Source: the human T2T-CHM13v2.0 reference genome, Homo sapiens
Reading direction: 5' to 3' (one strand)
Assembly (NCBI RefSeq): GCF_009914755.1
Contig: NC_060927.1
Length of the DNA: 64,000 nt
The position numbers and the translations under genes were made by a program. Every line of letters starts with the position of its first letter. The stretch's first letter is position 1. Below, piece after piece: positions 12,152-26,870 of this stretch. The notes beneath the pieces were generated by a model. That model had not been told where the DNA came from, did no database searches, and saw nothing but the letters and a program-made list of their open reading frames with translations.

Positions 12152-14037
12152 ATAGGGGTTAAATGGTCTTTAAGTAAGAGAATGAAAGGTAAGATTGGTT
12201 TGGGTGGTGATAACTCAGATCAGTGTGAGGACGCGCTAGGCTGGGGAGAGACTGGAGGAGAGATCAGTTAGGAAACTGGAGCAAGATTCCAGGTGAGAGA
12301 TGATGAAATCCTGGGCAAAGGTAGAGGCAAAAGCAACTCTAGGCATGGTTGTCAGCTTTCCTGTGAACAGCCTCTTGAAGCCTAGTCCATAGCATGTTAA
12401 CTAAAAGTTCTTCCTCATAGGCAACACAAGGGAAAATAGACAAATTAGATTATATCAAACTAAAAAACTTCTGCACAACAAAAGAAAGAATCAATTGGGT
12501 GAAGAGACAACCTATGGAGTGGGAGAAAATTGGAAACCCATTCGATAAAGGGTTAATATCCAAAATATATTAGGAGCCCAAACAACTCAATAGCAAGAAA
12601 ACAACCTGATTTTAAAAATGGGCAAATGAACTGAATAGACATTTCTCAAAAGAAGACATACAAGTGGCCAACAGATATATGAAAAGATACCCACATCACT
12701 AATCATCAGAGAAATGCCAGTTAAAACCACAATGAGATATCTCCTTACACCTGTTAGAATGGCTACTATCAAAGACAAAAGATGTTGGTGAGGATGTGGA
12801 GAAAAGAAACAATTGCACGCTGTTAGTGAAAATTTAAACTAGTACAGCTATTATGGAAAACAGTATAGAGGTTCCTCAAAAAAATAAAAACACGACTACC
12901 ATATGATTCAGCCATTCCACTACTGGGTATATGTTCAAAGGACATGATATCAGTATGTTGAAAAGATATCCAAACTCCCATGTTAACTGCAGCACTGTTC
13001 ACAATAGCCAGATATGGAAACAACCTAAGAGTCCATCAGTGGATGAATGGATTTAGAAAATGTGATATATTTATGAGAAAGGCATGTTGAAAGCTGAGAT
13101 GGGCCAAAAGCTAAGCCTCTTACACCAGTTAGTCAATTTGTAAATGCAAAGGAAAAGTTCATGAAGAAAATTGCAAGTACTACTTCATTAAACACATGAA
13201 TAATAAGAAAGTGAAACAGCCTTACTGTTGATGTGGAGAAAGTTTGAGTGATCTAGATAGAAAACCAAACAGCTACAACATTCCCTTAAGCCAAAGCCTA
13301 ATCCAGAGCAAATCCTAAGTTTCTTCAATTTTATGAAGGCTGAGAGAGGTAAGAAAGGTGCAGAAGAAAAGTTGAAAGCTGGCAGTGGTTGGTTTATAAA
13401 GTTTAAGGAAAGAAGCCATCTCCATAACATAAAAGTGCAAGGTGAAGCAGCAAGTGCTGATGTAAAAGCTGCAGCAAGTTATCCAGAAGATCAAGCTAAG
13501 ATAATTGATAAAACTGGCTACACTAAACAACAGATTTTTAATGTAGACATACAGGCTTCTATTGGAAAAAGATGCCATCTAGGACTTTCATAGCTAGAGA
13601 GAAGTCAATGCCTGCCTTCAAAGTTTCAAAAGATAGGCTGACTCTCTTGTTAGGGACTAATGTAGCTGATGACTTTACCATTGACACCAATGCTCATGTC
13701 CCATTCCAAAAATCCTAGGATCCTTAAGAATCATGCTGAATCTACTCTGCCTGTGCTCTATAAATGGAACAGCAAAGCCTGGATGATGGCACATCTGTTT
13801 ACAGCATGGTTTACTAAATATTTTAAGCCCACTGTTGAGACCTACTGTGTAGAAAAAAGATTCCTTTCAAAATACTAATGCTCATTGACAATGTACCTGG
13901 TCACCCAAGAACTCTTATGGAAATGTACAAGGTGATTAACATTGTTTTCAGGCCTGCTAATACAACATTTATTCTCTAGCCCAAGGATCAAGAAGTAATT
14001 TGGACTTTCAAGTCTTATTATTTAAGAAATACTTTTA

Positions 14038-14418
<381 letters not shown>

Positions 14419-14854
14419 TTAAAAACCTTCTGGAAAAAATTCACCATACTAGATGCCATTAAGAACAGTTGTGATTCATTGGAGGAAGTCAAAATAACAG
14501 CATTAACAAGAGTTTGGAACAAGTTGATTCCCCTCACAAATGATTCTAAGGTGTTTAAGATTTCAGTGGAGGAAGTAACTGCAGATGTGGTAGAAATACT
14601 AAGAGAGCTAGAATTAAAAGTGGAACCTGAATATGTGACTGAATTCCTGCAATCATGATAAAACTTTAATGGATGAGGAGTTACTTCTTATGGATGAGCA
14701 AAGAAAGTGATTTCTTGAGATGGAGTCTACTCCTGGTGAATATGCTGTGAACATTGTTGAAATGACAACAAAGAATTTAAAATATTACATAAACACAGTT
14801 GATACAGCAGCAACAGGATTTGAGAGCACTAACTCCAATTTTGAAAGAAGTTCT

Positions 14855-15165
<311 letters not shown>

Positions 15166-15481
15166 CTACTGTGGGTGAAATGCTATCAAACAGCATCACA
15201 TGCTACAGAGAAATCTTTCATAAAAGGAAGAGTTCATTGATGTGGCAAACTTCATTGTTGTCTTCCTTTAAGAAATCACCACAGCCACCCCAACCTTCAG
15301 CAACCGCCACCCTGATCCAGTCATCAGCCATTAACATGGAGGCAAGACTCTACACCAGCAAAGATTACAACTCAATAAAGGCTCAGATGATTGTTAGCAT
15401 GTTTTTAGCAATAAAGTATTTTTAAGTTAAGCTATATACTTTTTTTAGACATAATGCTATCGCACATTTAATAGACTATGG

Positions 15482-15484
<3 letters not shown>

Positions 15485-15522
<38 letters not shown>
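15485..15522. repeat. (TA)n microsatellite
   Basis: About 19 uninterrupted TA units. Confidence 0.95.
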
Positions 15523-15529
<7 letters not shown>

Positions 15530-15948
15530 AGTGTAAACATAACTTTTATATGCACTGGGAAAATAACAAATTTGTATGACTCACTTTATTGTGATATTTG
15601 CTTTAATAGAGTGATCTGGACTTGAACCTTCACTATTTCCATGGTATACCTGTATTCTTGAAAACCCCTGACAGTAGATTTTAAGTGTTCTTACCCCCAA
15701 AAAATGATAAATCTGGGAGGTAGTACACTTGTTAATTAGCTCAATTCAGCCAGTCCACAATTTATACATATTTTAAAACTTCATGTTGTACAAAATATAT
15801 AAAGTTTTTACTTGTCAATTAAACAATAATTTAAAAAAGAAGTTCGTCTTTATTATGGCCCAAATCTGTTCATTTTGTCCCTCATTTCTAATCCAGCTTT
15901 GTGGAACATGTCTACTTTCTTACCAAAAATATCTTCTCTGTTTCCCAG

Positions 15949-16020
15949 GCGAACAGTCAGCTTCAACAAGCAGCAGGTTTGATCAACCATTCTTCTCAGA
16001 GCAAGAAACCTACCATACTG
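15949..16020 (+). ncRNA. Candidate internal exon B (72 nt)
   Basis: Acceptor cttctctgtttcccAG|G at 15947-15948; donor CTG|GTAAGT at 16021. Confidence 0.6.
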
Positions 16021-16101
16021 GTAAGTGTTCTTCTTTCCAGTTCTCCTTGAATATCTCCAGTGTCAGAGAGCTCATTATCTTACGAGGCTGTGTATTCTCA
16101 T

Positions 16102-16475
16102 TGATATGGTTTGGCTGTGTCCCTACCCAAATCTCATCTTGAATTGTAGTTTCCATAATCCCCATATGTCATGGGAGGGACTGGGTGGGAGGTAATTGAA
16201 TCGTGGGGGTGGTTACCCCCATGCTGCTGTTTTCATGATAGTGAGTGAGTTCTCACAAGATCTGATGGTTTTATAAGGGGCTTTTCCCTCTTTGCTCAGC
16301 ATTTCTTCCTGCTATCATGTGAAGAAGAACGTGTTTGCTTCCCCTTCTACCATGATTGTAAGTTTCCTGAGGCCTCCCCAGCCTAGCAGAACTGTGAGTC
16401 AATTAAACCTCTTTCCTTTGTAAATTATCCAGTCTCAGGCAGCTCTCTGTAGCAGTGTGAGAATGTATTAATATG
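16102..16475 (+). mobile_element. THE1C solo LTR
   Basis: tgatatggtttggctgtgtcc...; near-TSD ctcat / ctcag. Confidence 0.92.
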
Positions 16476-16731
16476 CTCAGTCTCAGCTGAGAGCCTTTTA
16501 TACTAAGTCTGAAACTTCTCATAGCTTTCACTTGGTTCTAGTTGAGACATATCATCAGCATGGAACGTGTTTAGAGGTCCTAGTTTTGGAGTCAAACAGA
16601 AATTGGTTCAAATCCGGATTCTGCTACTTAAAGTGACCTTGGTCCTTTTATGTCAACTAGTTTGCTCAACTGTAAAATGGGGACAAAAATAGAATCTACC
16701 TCATAAAGTTACCATTAAAAAAAAATATGTT

Positions 16732-17027
16732 GGCCGGGCGTGGTGGCTCACGCCTGTAATCCCAGCACTTTGGGAGGCTGAGGCGGGCAGATCACGAGGT
16801 CGGGAGATCAAGACCATCCTGGCTAACACAGTGAAACCCTGTCTCTACTAAAAACACAAAAAATTAGCCGGGCGTGGTGGCGGGCGTCTGTAGTCCCAAC
16901 TACTCGGGAGGCTGAGGCAGGAGAATGGCATGAACCCCGGGGGGCGGAGCCTGCAGTGAGCCGAGATCGCACCACTGCACTCCAGCCTGGGCGACAGCGA
17001 GACTACGTCTCAAAAAAAAAAAAAAAA
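16732..17027 (+). mobile_element. Young AluY (AluYe5-like)
   Basis: gaaccccggggggcggagcctgcagtg and gcgacagcgagac variants; many CpGs retained; perfect TSD aaaaaaaaatatgtt. Confidence 0.9.
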
Positions 17028-17033
17028 TATGTT

Positions 17034-17335
<302 letters not shown>

Positions 17336-18003
17336 TTAAAGCATGATACCTGGCACGCTGTGAATACTTAATAAGTGCTAGATATTATTATGGATGTTAG
17401 ATGTCAATTGAATGTGTCTCTCCAAAAGGCATTGCATTATGATATGTGCCCTCTTCAGGGGTGGCAGGGGAAGCAGCAAAAAGAAGTTCTGTCTCCTTAT
17501 TGAGTTGTGAGTGGATACATACCTGACCTCTTTGAATAAAATGCATGTTAAGCACAGTAATCCTGTGTAGACTCTCATTCAGGACATGAGGCTGTAATCA
17601 AGGTGCCTCTCATGGCTTATATCTGCCTACTTAGGAGGAAAAAAGAATTTGTTTTCCATTTACCAAACAGCAGCCCTGCATAATAAGAAGGGATTGATTT
17701 TCTCAGCGTTCCATTAGCTCTGAGTATTTCAAGAGAGCATAATGCATTCCAGTGGGGGACATGAATTGCATCATCAGGGAGCTGGAAAGGGACCTGGAGA
17801 GGAATCAGGCTGGGGTAGCAGCTTTCAAAGGGAATAATCTCACTCTTCTCCACATTTTCCTTATATGTTTTTTCAAAATCTTTGAAGCATGGCATTTTGT
17901 ATCCACATTTCTGATCCAGACACATGTTTCATAACCAGTTCAACTGCTGACCCAGTTAAATAATAATGAGTGGATTCTCATAAATCTCAACTTTTTCTCT
18001 CAG

Positions 18004-18081
18004 AAGAACCCAGTGGAAGAGGCTACAGAGTGGTGGCTGTGGGAGAAGTCATCACTGGTGATGTCAAAACCCATTGCTTGA
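18004..18081 (+). ncRNA. Candidate exon C, 5' part (3' end undefined; shown to the in-frame TGA)
   Basis: Acceptor ctcaactttttctctcAG at 18002-18003 (CAGAAG tandem acceptor); no strong donor seen. Confidence 0.35.
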
Positions 18082-18298
18082 TTGGTGGTGCTAAAGATGA
18101 GCTGTCTGCCCATCAAAATCACCAGTAGGAGAGAAAGAAAAATTTAGTTAATCTGTTGGTTGTTTTGTCTACCTGGTATTCACACAAGTAAAAAAAAACA
18201 GAGAGAAGAAAATACTGTCTTCCACAGAATGGAGTGATTTTTTTTCCTCATAGAAGAAAGGTTGCTTCCTGGAGGTTTTTATGGGAAGTATAGTATAA

Positions 18299-18490
18299 CC
18301 AGTAGTGTGATGGCAAATGTTTAACACAGACACTAGCAGGTGAAGGGAGCCTGAGTTGGTAGAAAGTGCTCATTTTTGTGGTGTATATGTTTTCACCATA
18401 GTCAATTTCAAGCTACCAACACAACATCACTGAGTGCGGTATTGGGAGAGATGAGCAGAAGCACACCATTCTGTAGTGTTTCCACCATCC
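18299..18490. mobile_element. MER63 (hAT-Blackjack) fragment
   Basis: cagtagtgtgatggcaaatgtttaaca...aatttcaagctaccaac...gcacaccatt. Confidence 0.75.
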
Positions 18491-18509
18491 CTAACCTGTG
18501 AGATCACTA

Positions 18510-18620
18510 CTCACTCACACACTCACTCAGTCATTCATCTTTTATTTATTCAACAAACATTTATTGAGCACCTGCTGGGCACTGGAAATACTGAAATGCA
18601 CAAGAGGCTCTCAAGATAGA
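18510..18620 (-). mobile_element. L2 3' end
   Basis: cattcatc...ttcaacaaacatttattgagcacct. Confidence 0.8.
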
Positions 18621-18719
18621 CAAGAGAGCTGATGACTACAGGGGGATGTAATAAATATACGACAGAGTTAGGAATGGGCAAGGTGACTGGGAGGAAGAGT
18701 GGCCTCTTGGACTGGCCAT

Positions 18720-19495
18720 TCAGTCCTCCAGCTGCTTCATTGGAGAGTTTGACAGTAGATCCCTTTCCCCAGCTTGATACACTCTCTTTCCTTGGCCTCC
18801 AGGACACCATTCTCTCCTGGATTTTCTCCTGTCTTGTTGGCAGCGCCTTCTCAGTCTCCTTTGTTGCTTCCTCCTTAGCTCTATGACCTCTAAATGTTGC
18901 AGTGTCTCAGATTCCAGTCCTTGGATGTCTTCTCTTTTCTACCTCCCTCATCCAATGGTAATTTATCCAGTGTCAAGATTGTAGATCATCCACGGCCCCC
19001 AGCTGTAGATCCTCCCGCAACCCTGAACACCAGACTCATCTGTCCAACTGCCTATTTGAAAACCCCCATATGGCTAACAAATGTCTCCAACTTAACATGC
19101 TCAAAGTTGAAACCCTGACCTCTGTCCTCTGAAACTTGCTCCTCCTCCATCTTCTCCACCCCAGGAAATGGCCACTCTCACTCTACCCCTCCAGTTGTTC
19201 GGGGGCTCAAAACCTGTGAGTCATTCTTTCCTTCTCTAACGCCCCAAATTTAATCCATTGGCAAAGATTGTGGACTGTCTTCCAAACATCCAAGAAGCAA
19301 CTGTGCCTCACCCCCTCCACCACCTTCACCATGGATCATGCCACCATTGCTCACCTGATTTACTGTATGACCTCCAAATACATCTTCCTGCCTCCACTCT
19401 TGTCCACTGCTGCCCCACCCACAACACACACCTATATTCAATTCTCAACATAGCAGCCCAAGTGGTCCTGTTGAAAAATAAGTTAGATCATTTCA
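18720..19495 (+). mobile_element. L2 (ORF2 region)
   Basis: cttggcctccaggacaccattctctcctggattttctcct...aacttaacatgctcaaag. Confidence 0.85.
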
Positions 19496-19580
19496 TTAAC
19501 CTCATAGGATTGTTATGGGTATTGCAATGTCTGGCACATGACAAACATTCAATTTTTGTTAGTATTATTGTTGCATTTAA

Positions 19581-19928
<348 letters not shown>

Positions 19929-20176
19929 TATACTATGTGATTTCTAATATCCGATTTTGTTAGTTCTTACAGACAAGTAGCTTGTGCTTCAAACATCGCA
20001 CCCACAATCATGAAGGTAGCAGGTCTTCAGTTCAGAGCAGAGGAGATGTTGAGCTGCAATACAAATGTCACCCTCAGAAGGTCTATTTTAATAATGGAGA
20101 CTAATTTAGTTTAGAAAGCAAAAAATTTCCAATTTGGCAAATTAAGGTATAATTAACATGCAGTAAAAATCATGGA

Positions 20177-20460
<284 letters not shown>

Positions 20461-20667
20461 AATTTATCCTTTTTAGTGTACAGTTCCATGAGCTTTGACA
20501 AATGCATACAGTCAGGTAACTGTGTCACAGGTACTTTATCACAACTTGATAAAGTTTACATTTCTCTTGAGTAAAATTGGGATTACTGGGTCTACCTGTG
20601 TTGTGGGAAAACTTATATTTTAGATTATTCTTGAATAAACATAGAACTATTACTCTCAGATTCATGA

Positions 20668-21540
<873 letters not shown>

Positions 21541-21541
21541 A

Positions 21542-21958
21542 TGTAATGGTTGATTTTATACATCAACTTTACTGGGCTAAGGGATGCCAGATAGTTGGTA
21601 AAACATTATGTCTGGGTGTGTCTGGGAGGGCGTTTCTGGAAGAGGTCAGCATTTGAATTGACGAACTGAGTAAAGCAGATTATCCTCCTCAGCGTGGGTG
21701 ACCATCATCCAATCCTTTCAGAACCTGTGTAGAACAAAAAGGCAGAGGAAGGGCAGTGAATTGTTGCTCTCTTTTTGAGCTGGGACATCCATCTTCTGCC
21801 TGTGAACATCAGTGCTCCTGGTTCTCCAGCTTGCAGACAGCAGATCTCTTGGCCTCCATAATTGCATGAGCCAATTCTTACACTCTCTCTCCCCGCAAAC
21901 TCCTGTGTCTATATATATCATCTGGGTTCTGTTGCTCTGGAGAACCCTGACTAATACA
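21542..21958 (+). mobile_element. MLT2 (ERVL) LTR
   Basis: tgtaatggttgatttt...ctgggctaagggatgcc...ggagaaccctgactaataca; TSD catga at 20663-20667 and 21959-21963. Confidence 0.9.
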
Positions 21959-22627
21959 CATGACAAAGACTGATGTAAAGGGTAAAATCATTCTGTGCCT
22001 TGAAGGATCTTCTATGTGTTTCAATCAGTAGGAGGAGTGATGTGTAAATTAGCAAAGTCATCATTTGCAAATGGCTCTTTTCAAAATAATTTTATAAGTA
22101 CTTAAAAATAGTTTGTTGGCCTTCCTTCTTAAGAAAGATAAACATTTCCTTTGTTTACACATATTGATTTGCTTTATAAGCAAATCTACTGAGTGCAATT
22201 TCTACAGAGAGCGCAAAAGTCCAGCCTGCTTAAACACTGTGATCACCTTGTAGTGCATGAGGTCTTGCCATGCTCTTCCAGGTCACTATTCTATAACCAA
22301 ATTGGGCCTAATCCAGACTAAGGTGCTCTCTGCTCATTTTAATTTAATTTATTTTTTTTAATTAGCAAATTTTTTTTAAAAAAATAACAAGCTTTTTAAA
22401 AAAGAAATTAGCAAAAAAATTTTAAAAAATAATTTAGCTATCTGTTTGTTAAACACAACATCATTAAAAAAAATTTTGGAGGTCTTTCCTTGGAAGGGTG
22501 GGCAAAGCTGGAGGCAGCCTACTGTAGGAAGAAGATCCCAGGCCAGAAGTTAGAAGACATGTAGTAGTTCTAGCTCTGATCACAACTAGTTATGTTAACT
22601 TGGCCTCTTTGGGTATTAGTTTTGGAT

Positions 22628-22772
22628 AGGACAAGGGTAAAGTGAGAGGGATACCTAGGCTGGAGAATTTAAGGATATACTTTCAGGACTGACTGCACTT
22701 ACTTTATCCTGAAAATGAGTGCCGACTTAAATTTTGTACCTTAGTTTCTCATTTGTCTTTCTCTAGCCCTAG
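22628..22772. mobile_element. MER96-like palindromic MITE inside a MIR
   Basis: gaatttaagga...tgagtgccgacttaaatttt; MIR sequence on both sides. Confidence 0.55.
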
Positions 22773-23293
22773 GTTTACTCAGTTTCCTTGTCTGTGAAAT
22801 GAGGAGCCAGGCTTTGTTATCTCTGTAATCTTTCCCAGGGCTAACATTTTATGTCCCAAACCTAAAGCTTAGGCCAACATAGAACCAGTCAAAGTAAGAC
22901 ACGTGTAATTACCCAGTTGAACCTGGTCAATAGTCTAGCTGAATAATTCAGGGCAAAAGTACCCTGTTTTTCTGCAATAGGAGGGTGGATTTTCTTTGCT
23001 CTGCAGTTCAAGAAGGTTGTAGGAAGAGTCCTAAGTTACCCTCTATCTTAATTATATCAACAGTCCTAGCTCACTGGCTCCATTGCTTTTTTCTGACTTG
23101 CAGCCCAGGCCATCCACAAATTGCCATGCCATCTCTTGCCCTGTGATGATACATTCACTTGTGCAATCCAGAAATTCTCAAATGTGTGTGTTGGTGAGGG
23201 AGGGTAGTGTTAAGGTGTACAACTAGCTGTGCCCCCTAGGGGTGATATTTATTTTATTTTAAATTTCACATAACTTGAAAGGAAGACCTGAGT

Positions 23294-23655
23294 CAGTGGC
23301 ATGCAGAATCCACTCCTACTAGTTGGTGAGAGTGACTGTTAAAATTTCAAGAATTTAGTGAGCTGCTTGTTAAACACAACATCATTAAAAATTAGATAAA
23401 CTTACAATTAAATAAATTATATTAAAAACAAAGGTAATAAATAGCAAAATTTCTTCACTTCCTAATTGTTTTACTACATTAACTATTACGTTCTTGAGGT
23501 TATTTACATCTATTATATATGTATAGTAGAAATACTAAATAACCATGTGCTACTTACTGCACATCTCAACTCTATGTTCAGTCACATCATATGGTAGCTG
23601 GAAATCAGACACACTGGGAGCATTTACACCATGGAAATTGGCAGATGCTTTGCTA
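23294..23655. mobile_element. MER63B/D
   Basis: ataaacttacaattaaataaattatattaaaaacaaagg...catttacaccatggaaattggca. Confidence 0.8.
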
Positions 23656-23997
23656 GGGCTTTGCCAGGGATTTTCACTTGCTTAGGTTAACGAAAAAGTT
23701 GAAAAATATGTTACTTGTGATTTACCCTTGCCCTATCTATATAAAGCAGCTTCATGTAGTGGAAAGAGCTCTGCATGGACTGGTTCTGCTAATAATTTGA
23801 GAATACCACCTCTGTCCTTCAACATCCCCCCTCTCTGGAGCAGGCAAAAGTATAATATTTTCCCTTGTTATCTCATAAGATTATTAGGATAATAAATGAT
23901 CATTTTTGAAACAAAACTTTATTTTTTAACTCTTAAAATAATTCGGTGGTTTATGATTTGTAGTTTAATAAAAGGGCTTAAAAAAAGTGAATACCTT

Positions 23998-24680
23998 TGT
24001 CTTAGTCCTTTTTGTGCTGCTATAATAGAATATCACAGCCATAGTAATTTATAAACAATTGATTTTGTGTATGTGTGTGTGATGGAATCTTGCTCTGTCA
24101 GCCAGACTGGAGTGCAGTGAAATGATCATGACTCACTGCAGCCCCAACCTCCTGGGCCCAAGTGATTCCCCCACCTCGGCATCCCAAGCAACTGGGATCA
24201 CAGGTGTGTGCCACCACGCCCAACTAGTTTTTTAATTATTTGTAGTTACGAGGTCTCACTATGTTGCCCAGGCTGGTCTCAAACTCCCAGGCTCAAATGA
24301 TCTTCTCACCTAGACCTCCCAAAGTGCTGGGATTACAGGCATGAGCCACTGTGCCTGACCAACAATAGAAGTTTATTTGGCTCATTTTTCTGAAAGCCAT
24401 GAAGGCCAAGATCAAGAGGCCACATCTTGTGAAGGGCTTCTTGCACCATAGTAACATGGCAGAAGGCATCGTATGGCAAGAGAGTGCATGTGAGAGAGGA
24501 AAGAGAGTCAAACTCACTCATTATAAGGATGCTGCTCCCATGGTAATGGCATAAATCCATTCATGAGGGCAGAGCCCTAATGACCTAATCGCCCCTTAAA
24601 GGTCCTACCTCTCAACACTGTTGCTTTGGTGATTAAATTTCCAACGCATGAACTTTGGAGGACACATTCAACCCATAGCA
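23998..24680 (-). mobile_element. MST (MaLR) LTR split by AluJ
   Basis: tgtcttagtcc...gacacattcaacccatagca; perfect TSD acctt. Confidence 0.88.
24061..24360 (-). mobile_element. AluJ with a TG-microsatellite-like tail
   Basis: J-type dimer; TSD aacaat. Confidence 0.92.
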
Positions 24681-25400
24681 ACCTTATATAAACAAAAGGT
24701 GTTGTTGCAAAAGATCACACAGTCACAAGAGAATGGTTAATAGATATGAAGGCATAAAGCTAGAAAAATAAAAAATAAAAAATGCATGGGTAAGACGAAG
24801 GGTTATTAATAACTCAGAATTTTATGTTAAAATTATTCATTTGTACGCATTTTTTTCTCCATACACAAAAAATGTGTGAACAAAATGTAAAAGGATTCAT
24901 TTAGCACCTAATGCTGTGATTTATTTGTTGGAGCAAAGTGGTAGAGTGCCACCTTACCTCCTTCCTCAAGTCTCACACTTGATCTGCAGTTGCGAACTGT
25001 AAGCTTGGGCCAGAGAGGGACAATGTCTGCTCTCTATTTCTGCCCACTTGAGGCCATTAGACATAACCTTGAGTGGTCTGAGCCCAGCTGTGGACTATAA
25101 TCTCATGGTGTGGGGGTGGGGGTGGGTCACAAAGTTATGATACAATAATAAGAAGTCTGAATTCATTTCAATCCCAAAAGCTTTGTCTGTAGAATAAAGA
25201 ATGATTGTTTTTTAAATGCATCTAGACACTGTTGTTATGAATCAAACACAATTTCACTTCAAAGCCCTACTGAATCCGTAGTGTCTTTCTGTTACCAGTG
25301 CTAAAGCTGAGCTCTAGCCAAGAGCACCCAGCTGAGGGGCCTCACACAAGGGCTGGAAGCAGTCACAACTCTCCTCCATGAGCCATTTGTCCTGTTTTGG

Positions 25401-25411
25401 TGCTGAGTCAT
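25401..25411. promoter_or_regulatory. Perfect NRF2/BACH/NF-E2 ARE (MARE) motif
   Basis: TGCTGAGTCAT exact match, apparently in non-repeat sequence; function untested. Confidence 0.4.
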
Positions 25412-25689
25412 CCCTGAGAGGAAGCACTACCATTTTCTAATGGATCCATATAATTGATCCTCTTTTACTTCATTTCATAAAGCCATGCAAATAGTAGCAA
25501 GGACTCCATAGGAATTATGTATGTTCTTAATCAACAGATATTAACAAAACACCACCAGAGTACAAGTGTTTTTGCTATCAGAAAAAGAGGTGTTCATGTC
25601 TAAAAGGTTTGGAAAACCCTGGGTTGAGATTTTTGAGTCTGTCTGGACTAATATTTCCAATTCTCCTCCAAAATGTGTGTCTGTTTGTA

Positions 25690-25728
<39 letters not shown>

Positions 25729-25757
25729 CAGAGAGAGAGAGAGAGGAAGAGGGATCG

Positions 25758-25794
<37 letters not shown>
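25690..25794. repeat. Compound STR (TG)n(GA)n...(TCTA)9
   Basis: Read directly. Confidence 0.95.
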
Positions 25795-25919
25795 GAATGA
25801 GATTGCAAAGCTCACCCCCAATAGAGATCAGGGTAACTGGATTTTACCAGTCTCTATTCTTTCTCAGACTCTGATGAAGATTCTGCTAATATGATGTTTG
25901 TCATAGATTCATTCAAAAT

Positions 25920-26345
25920 CTACCAGTTAGCTTTTACTGCAGAGTAAGACACCTTAAAATATATGTTAAAACAACAAACATTTATTATTTCTCACAAATT
26001 TGTGGGTCAGCTGGACCAGCTCATTTGGGGCTAGGTGGTCTAGAATGGCCTCACTTACATTATCTGATGGTTGGCTGGGGGGCAGTGGGGATACTTGGCT
26101 GGGTACTTTTCATCATCCAGCAGGCTAGTGTGGGCTTACTTACGTGGTAATGGTCTCAAGGCTCCCAAGAGCAGCCAGAGAGCAAGCCCTGGTGTGTAAG
26201 TGTGCAAGTAGTGTGACATCCTCTGCCTGTATTCTGTTTGCTAAATTCCCATTGGAAAAGTAACGTGTCCAGCCCAAAGTCAGAGTGGGAGGACACAAAA
26301 ACAGCATGGATAGAAATTGTGATCATGATCGCAAATTATCACGCT
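25920..26345 (-). mobile_element. MLT1I/J/K-type LTR
   Basis: ttaaaacaacaaacatttattatttctcaca...gtgggtcagctgg. Confidence 0.7.
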
Positions 26346-26464
26346 CATTGATTTTAAAGACATTAGGGAACAAAATCCTATTTCTAATTTCCATTAGAGA
26401 AAAAGAACTGTTTTCTGCTTTGTCTAACATTATGGCTATGTAATTTTGAATTTTCTATAACAAT

Positions 26465-26710
26465 AAAAAGGAAATAAGGCAGAACTAATTTTTATAATGT
26501 ATTTTATGTAATCCAATGTATTTATGTAATTCAATGTTATTATTTCAGTATGTAATCAATATAAAGAGTTAGGAGGTCTTTTTTTTTTATATGAGCCTCT
26601 TAAACCTAGTGTGTACTTCATCCTTACAGCATACCAGAATTTGGACTTGCAACATTTTAAATGCAATGGACCCATGTGGCTAGTGGCTACCACACTAGAT
26701 GGCACAACTT
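26465..26710. mobile_element. MER33
   Basis: atgtaatcaatataaa...cttacagca...aatttggact...catgtggctagtggctacc. Confidence 0.8.
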
Positions 26711-26719
26711 GATAATATA

Positions 26720-26870
26720 GACTTCATTTCTTTATTTACATGAGAAAATTGAGGCTTAGAGAGGATAAGTAGCTTTCCCAAGGTCACATGGCTCTTCAGT
26801 GGTTGGGCCAGAATTCAGCTCCACACTGATTTGACATGGAAGGCTTTGCTCTTTCCACTATACCACATTG
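26720..26870 (-). mobile_element. MIR
   Basis: gaaaattgaggcttagagaggataagtagctttcccaaggtcaca. Confidence 0.85.

Larger units (their letters stand above)
9690..12340 (-). mobile_element. L2 in three pieces (about 9690-9796, 11535-11740, 12155-12340), host of nested LTRs
   Basis: Collinear purine-rich L2 antisense motifs: gaggtgacaattgagctgagac / gggccttgcatgtcatg / ccaggtgagagatgatg. Confidence 0.7.

Noticed and set aside
13333-13878. TIGD1-like domesticated transposase gene
   Set aside because: Fragmented by stops, frameshifts and two Alu insertions; an ordinary Tigger1 fossil
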